Notes: generated by a model from the letters alone, not told the origin. A DNA stretch of 64,000 nucleotides from Candidatus Obscuribacteraceae bacterium (GCA_044226015.1 JBGAHS010000006.1:128001-192000), one strand, 5' to 3'. Counted from the stretch's first letter, positions 1-10,722 are shown. Made by a program: numbers and translations.

Positions 1-561
1 CCACAATTCTGGGAGTGAATGCTTCCTGGCGTTTCCTTCAATTTCCAGGTCGTCGTCCGAATAGAAGGTGATTGCCCCTGAATAACTTGCGTCTGGTTCA
101 TTCTCTGCGGTAATTGTTGCCGTTGCTGCATCTACCTTACAGTCACTCACAGCACCACATTCAGCGGCAACAGCATGTTGCCCGGAATAAGCTGCTTCAA
201 GGTTGCTCAAAACTGTCGCTGGACTTGCTTGCTCGTCCGACTCCGCTGTGGGGAAAGTCTCAACAGCTGAACCGGCTGGAAGTCGGCATTGTGTGAGAGA
301 CGCTCTGGTAATTGGACTCAGTGAATAAATTTGTCGAGGATGCACACCGACTTCAGAAACTATAGCTTGAATTTCGTTGACTTGCTCTGGAGTGAAAACC
401 AATGGTCCCAGGTTGAGGTCTACAGTTAACCCCTCCCAGAACTGGCTTGAGACCTGCAAGGTCGAAGTCAGATACTGCTTCGCTTCTTGCAAGGAAGAGC
501 ATCCACTAATATCAATTAAGACACCTTGCTCTGCCTGACTTATGATTGCAATTTTCGACAT
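1..561 (-). CDS. minC: Septum site-determining protein MinC, 5' part (runs off window start)
   Basis: Not in the ORF track; translated by hand from ATG at 561: MSKIAIISQAEQGVLIDISGCSSLQEAKQYLTSTLQVSSQFWEGLTVDLNLG..., open to base 1. Resembles the MinC N-terminal domain followed by a long linker; the C-terminal beta-helix is outside the window. Confidence 0.7.
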   Translation of the reverse strand, partial: MSKIAIISQAEQGVLIDISGCSSLQEAKQYLTSTLQVSSQFWEGLTVDLNLGPLVFTPEQVNEIQAIVSEVGVHPRQIYSLSPITRASLTQCRLPAGSAVETFPTAESDEQASPATVLSNLEAAYSGQHAVAAECGAVSDCKVDAATATITAENEPDASYSGAITFYSDDDLEIEGNARKHSLPELW

Positions 562-973
562 GCGGTTGCTCTTTAGCCCCTACTAGGTATACAAACGATA
601 TAGCTGGAGGCGGACGCAATGACGTTCGCCACCTGATTTCTGAGACATGTAAATCGTATGTTTTGCAAAAAATAGTGTCAAGGCGCAGATATGGCGTGCG
701 CATATCGAACTGATGTGTAACACACCCGTTGCTCAAAAGTTTTAATATTACGTGTTTTTGCGATATTACAAAGCTAGATAAGATCGGCATCCAAGAAGAT
801 ATCTATCAGGAAGCAGTGGTGTAAATCTTTGCTTGGGAAGTTTTTTTCTATGACACCAGAATTAGTGCCTTTGAATTTTGCCTTCAATTGGAAACCTTGC
901 TTACTAAGAGCTAAGAATTCGCTGGACTAGCTTCTGATATAAGAGTCTTAGAACACTACAGCACAAAGAATCT

Positions 974-1762
974 ATGTACCTCAGGTCAAGAGAATACGAA
1001 GAAAAAGGAGCGAAAAGCAAATTGTCGGCGTTCAAGCTCAGACTGCCGGCAATCAGCAAGGCTTTTATCGCGAGTGTTTGCCTATTCGCTTCATGCCTGT
1101 CTGTAAGTGCTGAGGCACTTCTTGATTCAAACTATAAAGACGCAGCTGGGCATGACTTTATTTCCTACTTTGGTTTCAAACTAAAGGAGAAGCATGACAC
1201 TCAATCTGGTACCACAGAATACTCATTTTACAGCGAATCTTTTACTGCTCATTTGATTCTAAGCGTGAGCAAAAAGAATGGCAAAATCATTCATATGCGA
1301 TTGAGTCTGCCTCGTCCGCTGATAGACGATGAGAAGGTAACGACTCGTGGTCGCGATCTAGTTAAGAGCTTTGTTTTGGCTTCCGCAAAAGGCGCTGACA
1401 TTTCTCCAATGAAAGAGTTGGCTGATGAAATATACGTTAGAGGTTTGATACTCAGTCCAATTCAAGACCCTCAAACAACAGCTCATTCTTCACAGTCCGT
1501 TCCTAGTCTGAAAGCATACAAGGTCGGAAAGGGACCGGTGAGCGATGGTGATAATGCTATTTTCCTGCCTCAATTACCTCGATTAGCAAAGACAGCATCT
1601 CCTCTCTTTCTTGTATTTAACGGAAAACTTGATAGCCTCGGAAGGGCTTACAAGAACTGTAAGATTGTCTTTGTGAACGAGAATCTAAAAGCCAACAATG
1701 CAGCCATTCCGGTATTCTCGTGTGAATCTTGGGATGCACAGATCAACGGTGCGAAGCATTAG
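974..1762 (+). CDS. Hypothetical secreted protein
   Basis: 262-aa ORF with a signal-peptide-like segment (AFIASVCLFASCLSVSAEA); no recognisable domain. Confidence 0.6.
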   Translation: MYLRSREYEEKGAKSKLSAFKLRLPAISKAFIASVCLFASCLSVSAEALLDSNYKDAAGHDFISYFGFKLKEKHDTQSGTTEYSFYSESFTAHLILSVSKKNGKIIHMRLSLPRPLIDDEKVTTRGRDLVKSFVLASAKGADISPMKELADEIYVRGLILSPIQDPQTTAHSSQSVPSLKAYKVGKGPVSDGDNAIFLPQLPRLAKTASPLFLVFNGKLDSLGRAYKNCKIVFVNENLKANNAAIPVFSCESWDAQINGAKH

Positions 1763-1780
1763 CGTTACGTAACTGCAAGC

Positions 1781-1864
1781 GCTGATTCGCTGCATGTGCT
1801 GATTCGCTGCATGCGCTTATTCGCTGCATGGGCTGTTCACTGTATGCGCTGATTTGCTGCATGC
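1781..1864. repeat. Tandem repeat, 5 x ~17 bp (GCTGATTCGCTGCATGC)
   Basis: Units start at 1781, 1798, 1815, 1832 (16 bp) and 1848, between convergent genes. Confidence 0.9.
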
Positions 1865-1918
1865 GTTGCCCTGATATTAGTATTGAGTTTGTACTAGTCT
1901 AAGTTCGGCTCTAGCGGA

Positions 1919-3742
1919 TTACAAGCTAGCTACACTTGCCCGCTTTTTAACTGGCAGCGATAGCCAAAACGTGCTTCCTTTTCCGAGCTCCGATTCAACG
2001 CCGATTTTGCCGCCATGTGCAAGAACAATCTCCTTGCTAATCCATAAGCCCAAGCCCGTGCTGACTCTCTTCGAGCTAACAAGTTTTGCAGTTTTATATC
2101 GTTCAAAAATCATCTGTTGATAGTCAGGATGAATGCCAGGACCACTATCTATGATTCTGACTATGGCTGCATCGCTTGATTCAATTACCTCGACTCTAAC
2201 TTTGCTGCCCGCCGGCGAGAAACTCATCGCATTACTGAGCAGATTTGAAAACACTCTAGTCATTAAATTGAAGTCTGCAGGAACTTGCATGTTTTTTCCG
2301 CTGAGTTCGAACCCAACCTTTTTCTCTACTGAAATTGCTTGGAGTTCAGAGAAAACACGTTCGCAAAGTTCGAATAGATCGACATTAACGGCGTCGATTA
2401 CATGTAAGCTGTGATGAAGTTTTTCGGTATCGAGAATGTCGTTAATCAGGTCGAGCACGCGACTCAGACCTGACTGTGCTCGGTCGATAGACTCATAAAC
2501 CTTGGTCGGAAGCTCGCCAAAGACTTTTTCTGAAAACAAAGCTAGGGTCATGACCACGGCAGCGATCGGTGACCTCATGTCGTGAGTTAACTGGGCTATA
2601 AAATCATTCCTTGCTCTTTCCAGCATCATGCGATCTGTTACATCATCACAAGCTACGAAAAATCGATCAAGCCGCGGTGACCAATCAACATACCAGTTGT
2701 AATCAGCAATTGTGTTATCCTTCCGCCTGATTCTCGCAACCAGTTCGAAAGTTCCCTTTTCTTTCGCTTTTCCCAGCCCGTCATCGACCTGTCCGAGATC
2801 TTCCTGGAACACAAAATCCGCGAAATTTTTATGCAGCATTTCGTACTGGTAATAGCCCCATTGCATGAGCGCAGATGGGCTAACCGCATCAATCTTCATG
2901 TTCTTATCAAAGCTAACTATCACAGTTTTGGAAAAATCTGCAATTGCACGTTCTCTTTGAATAAGCTCGCGCATCGAAAGCTCAAGTTTCTCGATCGAAA
3001 AGAGAGAAATGCCGTTGCTTCCTTTTCGCTCTTCTCCGGAAATTTCCTTTTGAATCTGGTCAAGCTTGGAATCAAGAACCTCACGTTGTGAAAAAGTGAA
3101 GCGCAAAGCAAAAATAGCGATACTCAATGCACCGAGACTGATACCAAGAACAGTGAATGCTAGAGTTTTGCAAGACTCAGTGCTTTCGGGCTTTAACACT
3201 ATGAAGCTAAAAGTGCTGACAAGTACAAGAGCGCTGAGTAAGAATCCAATCTTTTTCTGGCTTGAAAAAAAACGTTGAAGTTCTGAGAGCAACCCCGTGG
3301 AACGAGGGCTATGCAATGGTTGGAAAGACGCCGAAGGTGTCAGCAATAGCAAAACTGATGGCAAAATAAAAAACGCAGCAAAAGCAAACCGTTCTCCCAA
3401 CGTAATGAAATCTCCACGGCATTGCCCTATTAGACAAGCTAGCGTCGAGTTGTAATAGCCGATTATCGGGTTGTCCCCGCTTTGAGCGTAGAGTCCTGCT
3501 AGAGCCAAAACTTGGGCTAGGAACCAGAAGATCGGCAGCGACGTTATCTTTAACCTAGAGGTCGGCTGCTGCTTCGCGGCTGGCTGTGAAGCCGACTTTA
3601 TAAGTTCTCTAATTGCTTCTTTGTCTGATGCAATCAGGCTGGCGGGAGTAGTTGCAGTTTTTTCTGCCCCTTCTTTTGCGATATTCCGAAGCCGTGCTAA
3701 CTGCCATTCTCGGAGCTTGTTGTAAACTTCAGATGAATCCAC
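1919..3742 (-). CDS. Membrane PAS-domain sensor histidine kinase
   Basis: TM segments, PAS-like region, H-box THDMRSP, N-box NLLSNA, G1 DSGPGI, G2 GLGL. Confidence 0.9.
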   Translation of the reverse strand: MDSSEVYNKLREWQLARLRNIAKEGAEKTATTPASLIASDKEAIRELIKSASQPAAKQQPTSRLKITSLPIFWFLAQVLALAGLYAQSGDNPIIGYYNSTLACLIGQCRGDFITLGERFAFAAFFILPSVLLLLTPSASFQPLHSPRSTGLLSELQRFFSSQKKIGFLLSALVLVSTFSFIVLKPESTESCKTLAFTVLGISLGALSIAIFALRFTFSQREVLDSKLDQIQKEISGEERKGSNGISLFSIEKLELSMRELIQRERAIADFSKTVIVSFDKNMKIDAVSPSALMQWGYYQYEMLHKNFADFVFQEDLGQVDDGLGKAKEKGTFELVARIRRKDNTIADYNWYVDWSPRLDRFFVACDDVTDRMMLERARNDFIAQLTHDMRSPIAAVVMTLALFSEKVFGELPTKVYESIDRAQSGLSRVLDLINDILDTEKLHHSLHVIDAVNVDLFELCERVFSELQAISVEKKVGFELSGKNMQVPADFNLMTRVFSNLLSNAMSFSPAGSKVRVEVIESSDAAIVRIIDSGPGIHPDYQQMIFERYKTAKLVSSKRVSTGLGLWISKEIVLAHGGKIGVESELGKGSTFWLSLPVKKRASVASL

Positions 3743-3763
3743 AAAACCTCGAGATCAACTTTC

Positions 3764-5005
3764 TTAGAGCGAACGAAGTTCAGCTTCCAATTGGTCTGCA
3801 ATTTTTGCATCTTTGTCTTTTTGAGAGAAAGACCAGAGAGATATTAGAACCCACATTATTCCGATAACACGGGCAACGATGCGCTTCCCATCCTCGGGGT
3901 CTGTCAGAAAATTGCCGCTAAATGACGAGAGCAGCAATGTTATAGGGTCGTTGTTCTCTGGTGTCGCACTTCTGATCCATGTGAGCATCGTGATTGCAGC
4001 AAGCGAGTAAGTTGCCCAAACTGACAGCGCAATCCATCTAGAACTCAATGTTACGAAGTAGACTTTTAAGCTCGAATCTTGACGTGTTAGAAGAACAAAA
4101 GGTTTTGCAAAATAGCAAGCAGCGAATGTTGCCAGAGCGCCGCTGATGCAAGCTGGTATTGAGTTTGTCATCCAGGCTGTTGTCCCGTAGGAAACTGCAA
4201 TTAAACCCCAGGCAAGAACCAGCGACAAGCGAATAGTCTCAAATCTTTTTGATCTCGATGAGAGTGTTATCGCAGCAATAGAGCTAAGTAAACTTGCACC
4301 CCAAGCCGCTGTCCAGAGCAAAATATCGATTGCGCCTTTTGCTCGGTCCGATTGATATCTCGCTAGCAATGTTGCAGCTTCGCCGTCCTCACCGTACAAC
4401 TCGAAAAAGGAGTCAGCAAAGCTCTTGTAAGCTGCTTCATCATGGAAGTCCGCTATACGAGTCTGCAAAATGCCTCCAACCACGCTCTCCATTGCATAGC
4501 GAACACTTGCAAAAAGATTGTATCCAAAGGCACCGATTATGGTGTCATTTGGTTCGTCCTCTTGTTTGATACTCACTGGGTGGAGAAAATCTGGAGAAGC
4601 CTGAAATCTGTTTTGCGCCCAACTGCGAACATGCTCAAGTGCTTCGGCATTTTTGGCTGTGTAAGGACTTCCCATAAGGACAAAAGCAATACTGTAAGAG
4701 CTTGCAACCTTCTGGGCGAGATTGTTGTTGCCCGGCAACCCAGCCTCATAGCCTTGCAATTCTTGCGACGGTGTTACGAGTTGTGCGTTGGGTGCTTTTG
4801 GCTTAACGAAAAATGCGAGCAAAGAAGCCGTCAGCAAAGCAATCACAGCGAAATTCACAATCTTCTTGCGATTACGAAGTAGCATCCCCTTTGTGATGAA
4901 CTGTTCTCCGGGCGGCAGATTGAGCGGTTCCTCAAATGCACCTGGTTCGAGCGTAGTTTTCATACGTTCGCTAGTAGCTGTTTTGCTTCGATTGTCCCGT
5001 CCCAT
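3764..5005 (-). CDS. Hypothetical polytopic membrane protein
   Basis: N-terminal TM, soluble domain, several C-terminal TM helices; 21 bp from the kinase gene. Confidence 0.7.
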   Translation of the reverse strand: MGRDNRSKTATSERMKTTLEPGAFEEPLNLPPGEQFITKGMLLRNRKKIVNFAVIALLTASLLAFFVKPKAPNAQLVTPSQELQGYEAGLPGNNNLAQKVASSYSIAFVLMGSPYTAKNAEALEHVRSWAQNRFQASPDFLHPVSIKQEDEPNDTIIGAFGYNLFASVRYAMESVVGGILQTRIADFHDEAAYKSFADSFFELYGEDGEAATLLARYQSDRAKGAIDILLWTAAWGASLLSSIAAITLSSRSKRFETIRLSLVLAWGLIAVSYGTTAWMTNSIPACISGALATFAACYFAKPFVLLTRQDSSLKVYFVTLSSRWIALSVWATYSLAAITMLTWIRSATPENNDPITLLLSSFSGNFLTDPEDGKRIVARVIGIMWVLISLWSFSQKDKDAKIADQLEAELRSL

Positions 5006-5147
5006 GGGTGACCTCTCGCTCCATGACAGCTAGTAAGGTTACATCAAACTGCGCTTTGAAACATTCAAAGAAGCTCAGATAAGCCATGGACGAAGGATAT
5101 CCATCAGGCAATGTCTGAGCATATTTGCGAAATTGGCAGGATGTGAA

Positions 5148-5552
5148 CTATGGTTTCTTGTTCTTTTCGTCCCAAACCATCGGTTCCCACAATGTTACTT
5201 TGTTTCCTTCAAGATCAAGTAACTCCAGGAACTTACCGTTCTCATGGCATTCAGGACCTTTTGTGATTGTCACATTATTTTGCTTAAGCTGAGCCACCAT
5301 ATCGTCCATGTTGTCGATTCGATAGTTGATCATGAAGTTTGATTGGCTGGGACTGAATAAGTCGCTATCTTTTTCGGTGACTTTCCAGGCTGTGCCCATG
5401 CCTCGAGCAGATTGTTCTGCTCCGTCTCTGATTATCGTCCCGCCCCATGATTCGACAGGCATTCCAAGGTTCTTGTGGTACCACTCAGAAAGGGCTTTGG
5501 GATCTTTCTGTGATTTGAAAAACACACCGCCGATTCCTGTAATTTTCGCCAT
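5148..5552 (-). CDS. VOC/glyoxalase family protein
   Basis: MAKITGIGGVFFKS...FMINYRIDN...DLEGNKVTLWEP; the ORF extends upstream to 5696 with a signal-like leader. Confidence 0.85.
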   Translation of the reverse strand: MAKITGIGGVFFKSQKDPKALSEWYHKNLGMPVESWGGTIIRDGAEQSARGMGTAWKVTEKDSDLFSPSQSNFMINYRIDNMDDMVAQLKQNNVTITKGPECHENGKFLELLDLEGNKVTLWEPMVWDEKNKKP

Positions 5553-5984
5553 ATGTTCACCCTTCTTTAGTTGTTTATCATTGTCCTGTCTACGTTCTGC
5601 ACTCGCGCTCTGCATAAGCAGTCCTGTGCTCAAAAGCATGAGAAGTCGGGCTTCTCTTCTGTGCCATCGAAACATGATATCGCCTCTCTGACTCACCTAT
5701 TGGTGGGAAAAGTATATTTGTGTTGAGTATGTCTATTATTGGGTTCGTAGCTTAGTCAGTACTATGTTCTACCTGTTAAAGATTTGACTGTTCGATGGTT
5801 ATTATTGTGCACTATACGAAAGTTCGACTGGTCGTATTGTCGTACAGTGGTATTAGGCAAGGAATTCGCTCTCGGGCATCTTACACTCATCCGCTCCTCC
5901 AGCTCCGTATCCTGATCCCCTCCCCATGGCTCTAGTTACAATTTTGTGTTGCAGCACGAAAAATGATCGCAGTAAAAATTTTTA

Positions 5985-7487
5985 CTAGTGGAGAGATGTA
6001 GTTTGCTTTGAAAAAAATTTCTCCCATCCGCCTGATGCTCTACTCCATCTAGGGTCGAACTTAAATAAATCGGCTTTGAAGCCAGCGTTCATGCTGTCAT
6101 ATCGGGCAAGCCACTCGCGAATGCGTGGAGTTGCGTTCTCTTTTTTCGATTGAGGAAAACATATTAGTCCAAGTATTGATGGACTCTTGCAGCCCGTTGT
6201 TTCGGGACGGCTGAAAGGTTCTGCCATTATTCTTTTTACGGCAGCATCAGCAAACAACCGAGCTTCCATGAACTGCCCACTAAAACCAAATTCGTCTGCC
6301 ATGCCAATTTCAATTGCCGATGGTTCTGCCGAAATACGTTTTTGAATTGAACAAAAGAGTTCACTATGCTCATCGAGAATCACAGCGTCAGCTTGATTCC
6401 CTCGCAATAGTTTTTCAAATTGCCCTCGCGCTACAGGATTGTTCCAGCCACCACCACACAAGGCAAAAGTGCGAGGCATTCTGTGTTCATCAGGGATCCA
6501 CTTCAGTGAATAGAAGAAGACATATGCTGCAAAATATTCTGCAGCGTGAATGCGATCCTCAAATGAAAAAGGATTTCCTGACTGCCCTGCGAGAGCTGGA
6601 ATAATCCGATACCATTGTGGGTCAGACGATTTGGGTGGCGCTTGAAGTAGGAAATTCTCACCTGAGTCTGTTAATGCTGACTTGTCGAAAAGCAATCGCA
6701 ACAGTTCTTTTTTGACTGAACCCTTTTTGCCAATGTTTCCATCCAAGTCGCATGGTAAGCCTCTTTCAGCTTGCATCAATTTGTCGGGGAAGTCATTGAA
6801 CGGACCAACGTCCCATCCAGATACGCGAATATTCTTAGCTGAATCTTCAGTTATAACGCTGATGTTTCCAGTGTTTCCTGCATTGCAAAATGCTATTGGA
6901 AAGCGACCTGCATGTGCCAGACTGTGGGCCAAATGCTCGTGATGAACAGGAGCCAACGGCGCTGCCTCGCCGCCATTCATGAGGTCATCCGAGCGAAAAT
7001 CGTACACAACTGTGGTGTTTGTAAGATCTGCCAGGAGCTGTCCGTTGCCGATTTGTATGGTGTATGTGCTGCCGCTTCCTGCGATGGATGGTGGCTGATG
7101 TGCGCAGGTTTGCCCATGAAAGCCTATCAGATCGACTGGCTCTTCTATGCGTTTCTCAGTTACTAGCTTATCCTTCAACTGATTAACTGTGTCTGCCGCA
7201 AAAACGGTGAACGCCGTAATGAGCTGGTCGGCATGAGCCCATTTGAGACCCAGCGAGGAGGACCGATTGTCATAATGCAGAATAGCCGCAGGCATGTCAC
7301 CACGTTTTTCCATAATCGAAGTCCGGAACGCACGCAAAGCCTCTGCAAGTTCTCCTGGCATTGGCTGGCTCACTGAATCAATGTCCCTAATTGAGCCATC
7401 CAAACCAAAACAAGTAAGCACCGCATCTGCCGCGTCAAGCGAGTTGCCTGTGTTTACGCCAATTGAGTAAATGTAATCACTTGCCAT
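5985..7487 (-). CDS. anmK: Anhydro-N-acetylmuramic acid kinase
   Basis: GxxxGxSLD, IGFHGQT, TIQIGNG, DFRSDD..GGEAAPLAP, DVGPFN, PPKS, LCGGG motifs. Confidence 0.85.
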   Translation of the reverse strand: MASDYIYSIGVNTGNSLDAADAVLTCFGLDGSIRDIDSVSQPMPGELAEALRAFRTSIMEKRGDMPAAILHYDNRSSSLGLKWAHADQLITAFTVFAADTVNQLKDKLVTEKRIEEPVDLIGFHGQTCAHQPPSIAGSGSTYTIQIGNGQLLADLTNTTVVYDFRSDDLMNGGEAAPLAPVHHEHLAHSLAHAGRFPIAFCNAGNTGNISVITEDSAKNIRVSGWDVGPFNDFPDKLMQAERGLPCDLDGNIGKKGSVKKELLRLLFDKSALTDSGENFLLQAPPKSSDPQWYRIIPALAGQSGNPFSFEDRIHAAEYFAAYVFFYSLKWIPDEHRMPRTFALCGGGWNNPVARGQFEKLLRGNQADAVILDEHSELFCSIQKRISAEPSAIEIGMADEFGFSGQFMEARLFADAAVKRIMAEPFSRPETTGCKSPSILGLICFPQSKKENATPRIREWLARYDSMNAGFKADLFKFDPRWSRASGGWEKFFSKQTTSLH

Positions 7488-7813
7488 ACTGAAACCGCCA
7501 AAGTTAGAAGCATACCAGAGTGAGAGTAGCTGACAGTCTTGAGCCTGATGCGACGGGTGTTGCTTTGTGTAATCATTGCCTGTTAAGCATGCGGAAAGAG
7601 CTATTGGAACAGTGAGTCTGATGAATTCGGAGTCTGTAGTTTAGGTTCTGGATGTCATACGGTTTTTTTGGCTTCCGATAAACCCGTCGTAGGACGATCG
7701 ACTGTTTGAACATATCAACATACGTCTTGTCGACAAAATTTCACGGCGCTCAACTTGCAAATTGCCACTAACAGTTGACCGTGCGTGATAACCAATATTG
7801 CGGTATGCTAGCC

Positions 7814-8434
7814 ATGGATACTATGGCGAACACAAATTATTTTCTAGTTTTAGGTACCTCCATCGATGCGGACGAATCCGTTATCGACAGTGCCTTTTTG
7901 CGTTTATCCGAGGCTTTGAAACCTTCGAACTTTATGGAAAATTTCAAAGCGCTCGAACAGGCGTCGAAAATCACCGCGAAGGCAAGAGAAGCCCACACGG
8001 CGTTAAAAGATAAGGTCTTCCGAGAGAAATTGAGCTCGGAGTTGAAGGGTGCAGCAGAACCTTATTCGCCTGATCAGCTCAAACCATTCCTCGGGCACGT
8101 TTGTGTCGCAGCTGGAATTATTTCCTACGAAGAGCTAATGGAAGCTGTAAGGAAACAAACAGACATTGATTTACCTCTAGGTCAAATTTTGCAGGATAAG
8201 AGACTCATTTCACAGACAGAACTTGAGGGAATGCTTATGGGGCAAAAGCTTTACGGAGCGCCAATGCGTCCACTAGAGTCAAATGCAAAACGTCTTCTTT
8301 TGCTTGAGTTGGTGACACTAGATATGGTGAAAATTGCACTGATTGACCAGCGAACCTCTCAATCTCAACTTGACGAACTGCTTTGCAGGCGAGGCTGGGT
8401 TGAGTCCGCCATCTTGCGTTCACTCGCCGCCTAA
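7814..8434 (+). CDS. J-domain-like protein with MshEN-like repeats
   Basis: NYFLVLG...AFLRLSEALKPS (HPD replaced), then LGHVCVAAGIISYEEL and LPLGQILQDKRLISQTEL repeats; start codon uncertain (7805/7814/7823). Confidence 0.65.
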   Translation: MDTMANTNYFLVLGTSIDADESVIDSAFLRLSEALKPSNFMENFKALEQASKITAKAREAHTALKDKVFREKLSSELKGAAEPYSPDQLKPFLGHVCVAAGIISYEELMEAVRKQTDIDLPLGQILQDKRLISQTELEGMLMGQKLYGAPMRPLESNAKRLLLLELVTLDMVKIALIDQRTSQSQLDELLCRRGWVESAILRSLAA

Positions 8435-8449
8435 CCTTCGGTAGCATTT

Positions 8450-9418
8450 GTGAGTGTCGCTGAGAGTTCGATGGATGCCACCAATTCCGGTGCTGTTCGC
8501 ATAGCGATAGCAGTTGATCAGATCAGCAAGCGTTATCACGGCAATAAGAACAAAAGCCTCGACGAAATGAGTTTCAACGTCAAAGAAGGCGAAACTATTG
8601 GCATTATAGGACCCAACGGTGCTGGCAAAACAACTCTCATCATGTGTCTTCTCGGCTTGCACCGTCCAGACACAGGAAAAATTGATATCTTTGGCTTCAA
8701 ACCGGGTGATGTAAAATTGAACTCGCTGATTGGGTATATGCCTGAGCGGCTTAATTTTGAGCCCTGGCTCAGTGGTCGTGAGTTCATTAGTTATCATTGC
8801 GAATTGGCTTGTATCCCAAAACGCGATGTCGCCGATGAAACTCGAAATCAACTTCGAGCAGCCGGTCTAGCTGAAGGTGCATGGGATAGGCAAATCAGAA
8901 CATATTCTCGCGGCATGTTACAACGGGTCGGCATTGCTCAAGCGTTGATTAACAGCCCTCGTCTACTATTGCTAGATGAGCCCACATCGGGCATCGACCC
9001 AGTTGGTGCTATGGAAATTCTTGAAACAATTGATAGCAACAAAAGCGCAGGTAAGACGATTTTGATCAACTCTCATCAACTGGATCACCTTGAGCGTATT
9101 TGCGATCGAGTCATTTTTGTGCAAGACGGGAAGGTCGCCGGTGAAGACGTTCTCTGTGAAGAGAACAGCAAAACCTACAGACTGGTTATTCGTTGGCTTC
9201 AGTGCGAGTTGAGCTCTGAGGGAATCGATGCAATAGCGTTGCAGTCTGGCGCTAGGGTTATCTCTCAAAGTGAACAACAAGCGATGTTTTTGGTTCGTGG
9301 TGACAAGGGCGCCAGTGCGATACTGAAAAATCTTGCCATGGCTGGTTTACCAGTCTATAGTGCACAAGCGGAGCAACGGCTCGAGGCGTTTTTTAGAAAC
9401 GAGGAAATAGCAGACTGA
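8450..9418 (+). CDS. ABC transporter ATP-binding protein
   Basis: Walker A GPNGAGKT, signature YSRGM, Walker B LLLLDEP, H-loop SH. Confidence 0.95.
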   Translation: MSVAESSMDATNSGAVRIAIAVDQISKRYHGNKNKSLDEMSFNVKEGETIGIIGPNGAGKTTLIMCLLGLHRPDTGKIDIFGFKPGDVKLNSLIGYMPERLNFEPWLSGREFISYHCELACIPKRDVADETRNQLRAAGLAEGAWDRQIRTYSRGMLQRVGIAQALINSPRLLLLDEPTSGIDPVGAMEILETIDSNKSAGKTILINSHQLDHLERICDRVIFVQDGKVAGEDVLCEENSKTYRLVIRWLQCELSSEGIDAIALQSGARVISQSEQQAMFLVRGDKGASAILKNLAMAGLPVYSAQAEQRLEAFFRNEEIAD

Positions 9419-10095
9419 TGTACGTCTCGTTACCAATCATAAAAACGACCCTGACCTGGTTGTTCAGAGTTAGTAATACAAAAGTGATGCTAGCTTGCTT
9501 CTTCCTCGCTACTCTTCTACCCTCTTCCACGCAGCTGCAGGGAGTAGCTGTAATGATGCCGTTGATGATGGGGGCGCAGGGCGTGAGTACTGGGATAAGG
9601 CAAGATTGCCTTGAGCTTTTGTTTTGTCGCCCAATTTCAAAGTCTTGCTTTGTGTTCAGCAAATGGTTGGCGTATATGTTAACTATGTGGGCTATTCTGC
9701 CTTGTCATATTCCAATTCTGCTGGTGATGCGTGATTCGTTTCAGGCTATAGCAGTGAAATTGCTTGCCTTATTCTTAAGCACTTGTATCGCTTCTGCGGC
9801 TGGGGCTCTAATCAGGGTGCTGATAATTGATCCGAAACGGCAGGGAATATGCCTTATGATCAGTCTGGTAACTGGTTTTCTCTTTGGTGTGGACATTGAT
9901 CCTAAAGCAATGCCCTACCTGCCCGAAATCAAGAAATTTCTTTGCCCAACACTCATTCATGATGTTTTTGGCCAAGCTACTTGTTCTGTCGGTTTAACAG
10001 ATATTTGTCTTGCGATCTTAAATACTGCATTTTTTCTATCAATTGCGATTTTAGTAATGAAGCGACAACAGATGTCTTATTCGTTTGATACTTAG
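9418..10095 (+). CDS. ABC-2-type permease
   Basis: About 6 TM helices, LFCRPISK motif, stop/start overlap with the ATPase gene. Confidence 0.8.
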   Translation: MYVSLPIIKTTLTWLFRVSNTKVMLACFFLATLLPSSTQLQGVAVMMPLMMGAQGVSTGIRQDCLELLFCRPISKSCFVFSKWLAYMLTMWAILPCHIPILLVMRDSFQAIAVKLLALFLSTCIASAAGALIRVLIIDPKRQGICLMISLVTGFLFGVDIDPKAMPYLPEIKKFLCPTLIHDVFGQATCSVGLTDICLAILNTAFFLSIAILVMKRQQMSYSFDT

Positions 10096-10182
10096 TTCAT
10101 GAACCTATTACAGTGCGTGGGACCAATTCCGTTAGAACAGACATTTTGCGGTTGATAGCAGAATCCGTACCGGTGGTCGATT

Positions 10183-10578
10183 TCACCTGGTTTGTTTGGG
10201 AACCAAAGTGGCTCTTGTCCGTTGCTCTTTGATCAATTTCTCCAGTCTTTTTGCTTGTTTAAGACAGTCTGCACACTTCAATTTGGATTTGTATTTTTTG
10301 CAGAGTGCTAGCTCTCTGTCAGCCTGAAGTGCTTTACCTTGAGCCATGAAGACATTAGCCAGAACCCAATGCGCCTCATGATTTCTTGGGTCCTGCTTCA
10401 GTGATTTATTTGCATTTGCTATTGCTGCTTCATATTGGCCAGCAAACATGTCTTTCATTGCCCTTTCTGCAAGGAGCTTTGCGTTGCTTTCAGAACGCGC
10501 TGCCAGCGTCGCCGGTTCAGCCACCAGTACAGCGAAGAGAATATAGAATAAGAGCATTTTTCTATTGAGGGAAATCAA
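10183..10578 (-). CDS. Secreted TPR protein
   Basis: Signal peptide plus TPR pattern (GQYEAAIANANKSLKQDPRNHEAHWVLANVFMAQGK). Confidence 0.75.
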   Translation of the reverse strand: MISLNRKMLLFYILFAVLVAEPATLAARSESNAKLLAERAMKDMFAGQYEAAIANANKSLKQDPRNHEAHWVLANVFMAQGKALQADRELALCKKYKSKLKCADCLKQAKRLEKLIKEQRTRATLVPKQTR

Positions 10579-10722
10579 GTTGAACTCGATGAAACTCGAT
10601 GATTAGGAGGCTGGCTGTGGTGTGGACTCCACATCTTCAATAATGATAAGTTGAGCAGACTCTCCACACAAGAAAAGGTAGACTGAATCAAAAATTGTAA
10701 TGTCAGTTGCGGGAGAATTTCA

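Noticed and set aside
114..790. ORFs 114..296 (+) and 512..790 (-)
   Set aside because: Overlap the minC-like frame or its promoter; no coding features
5758..5770. AGTACTATGTTCT as a cyanobacterial LexA box
   Set aside because: The spacer is one base shorter than the GTAC-N4-GTTC pattern
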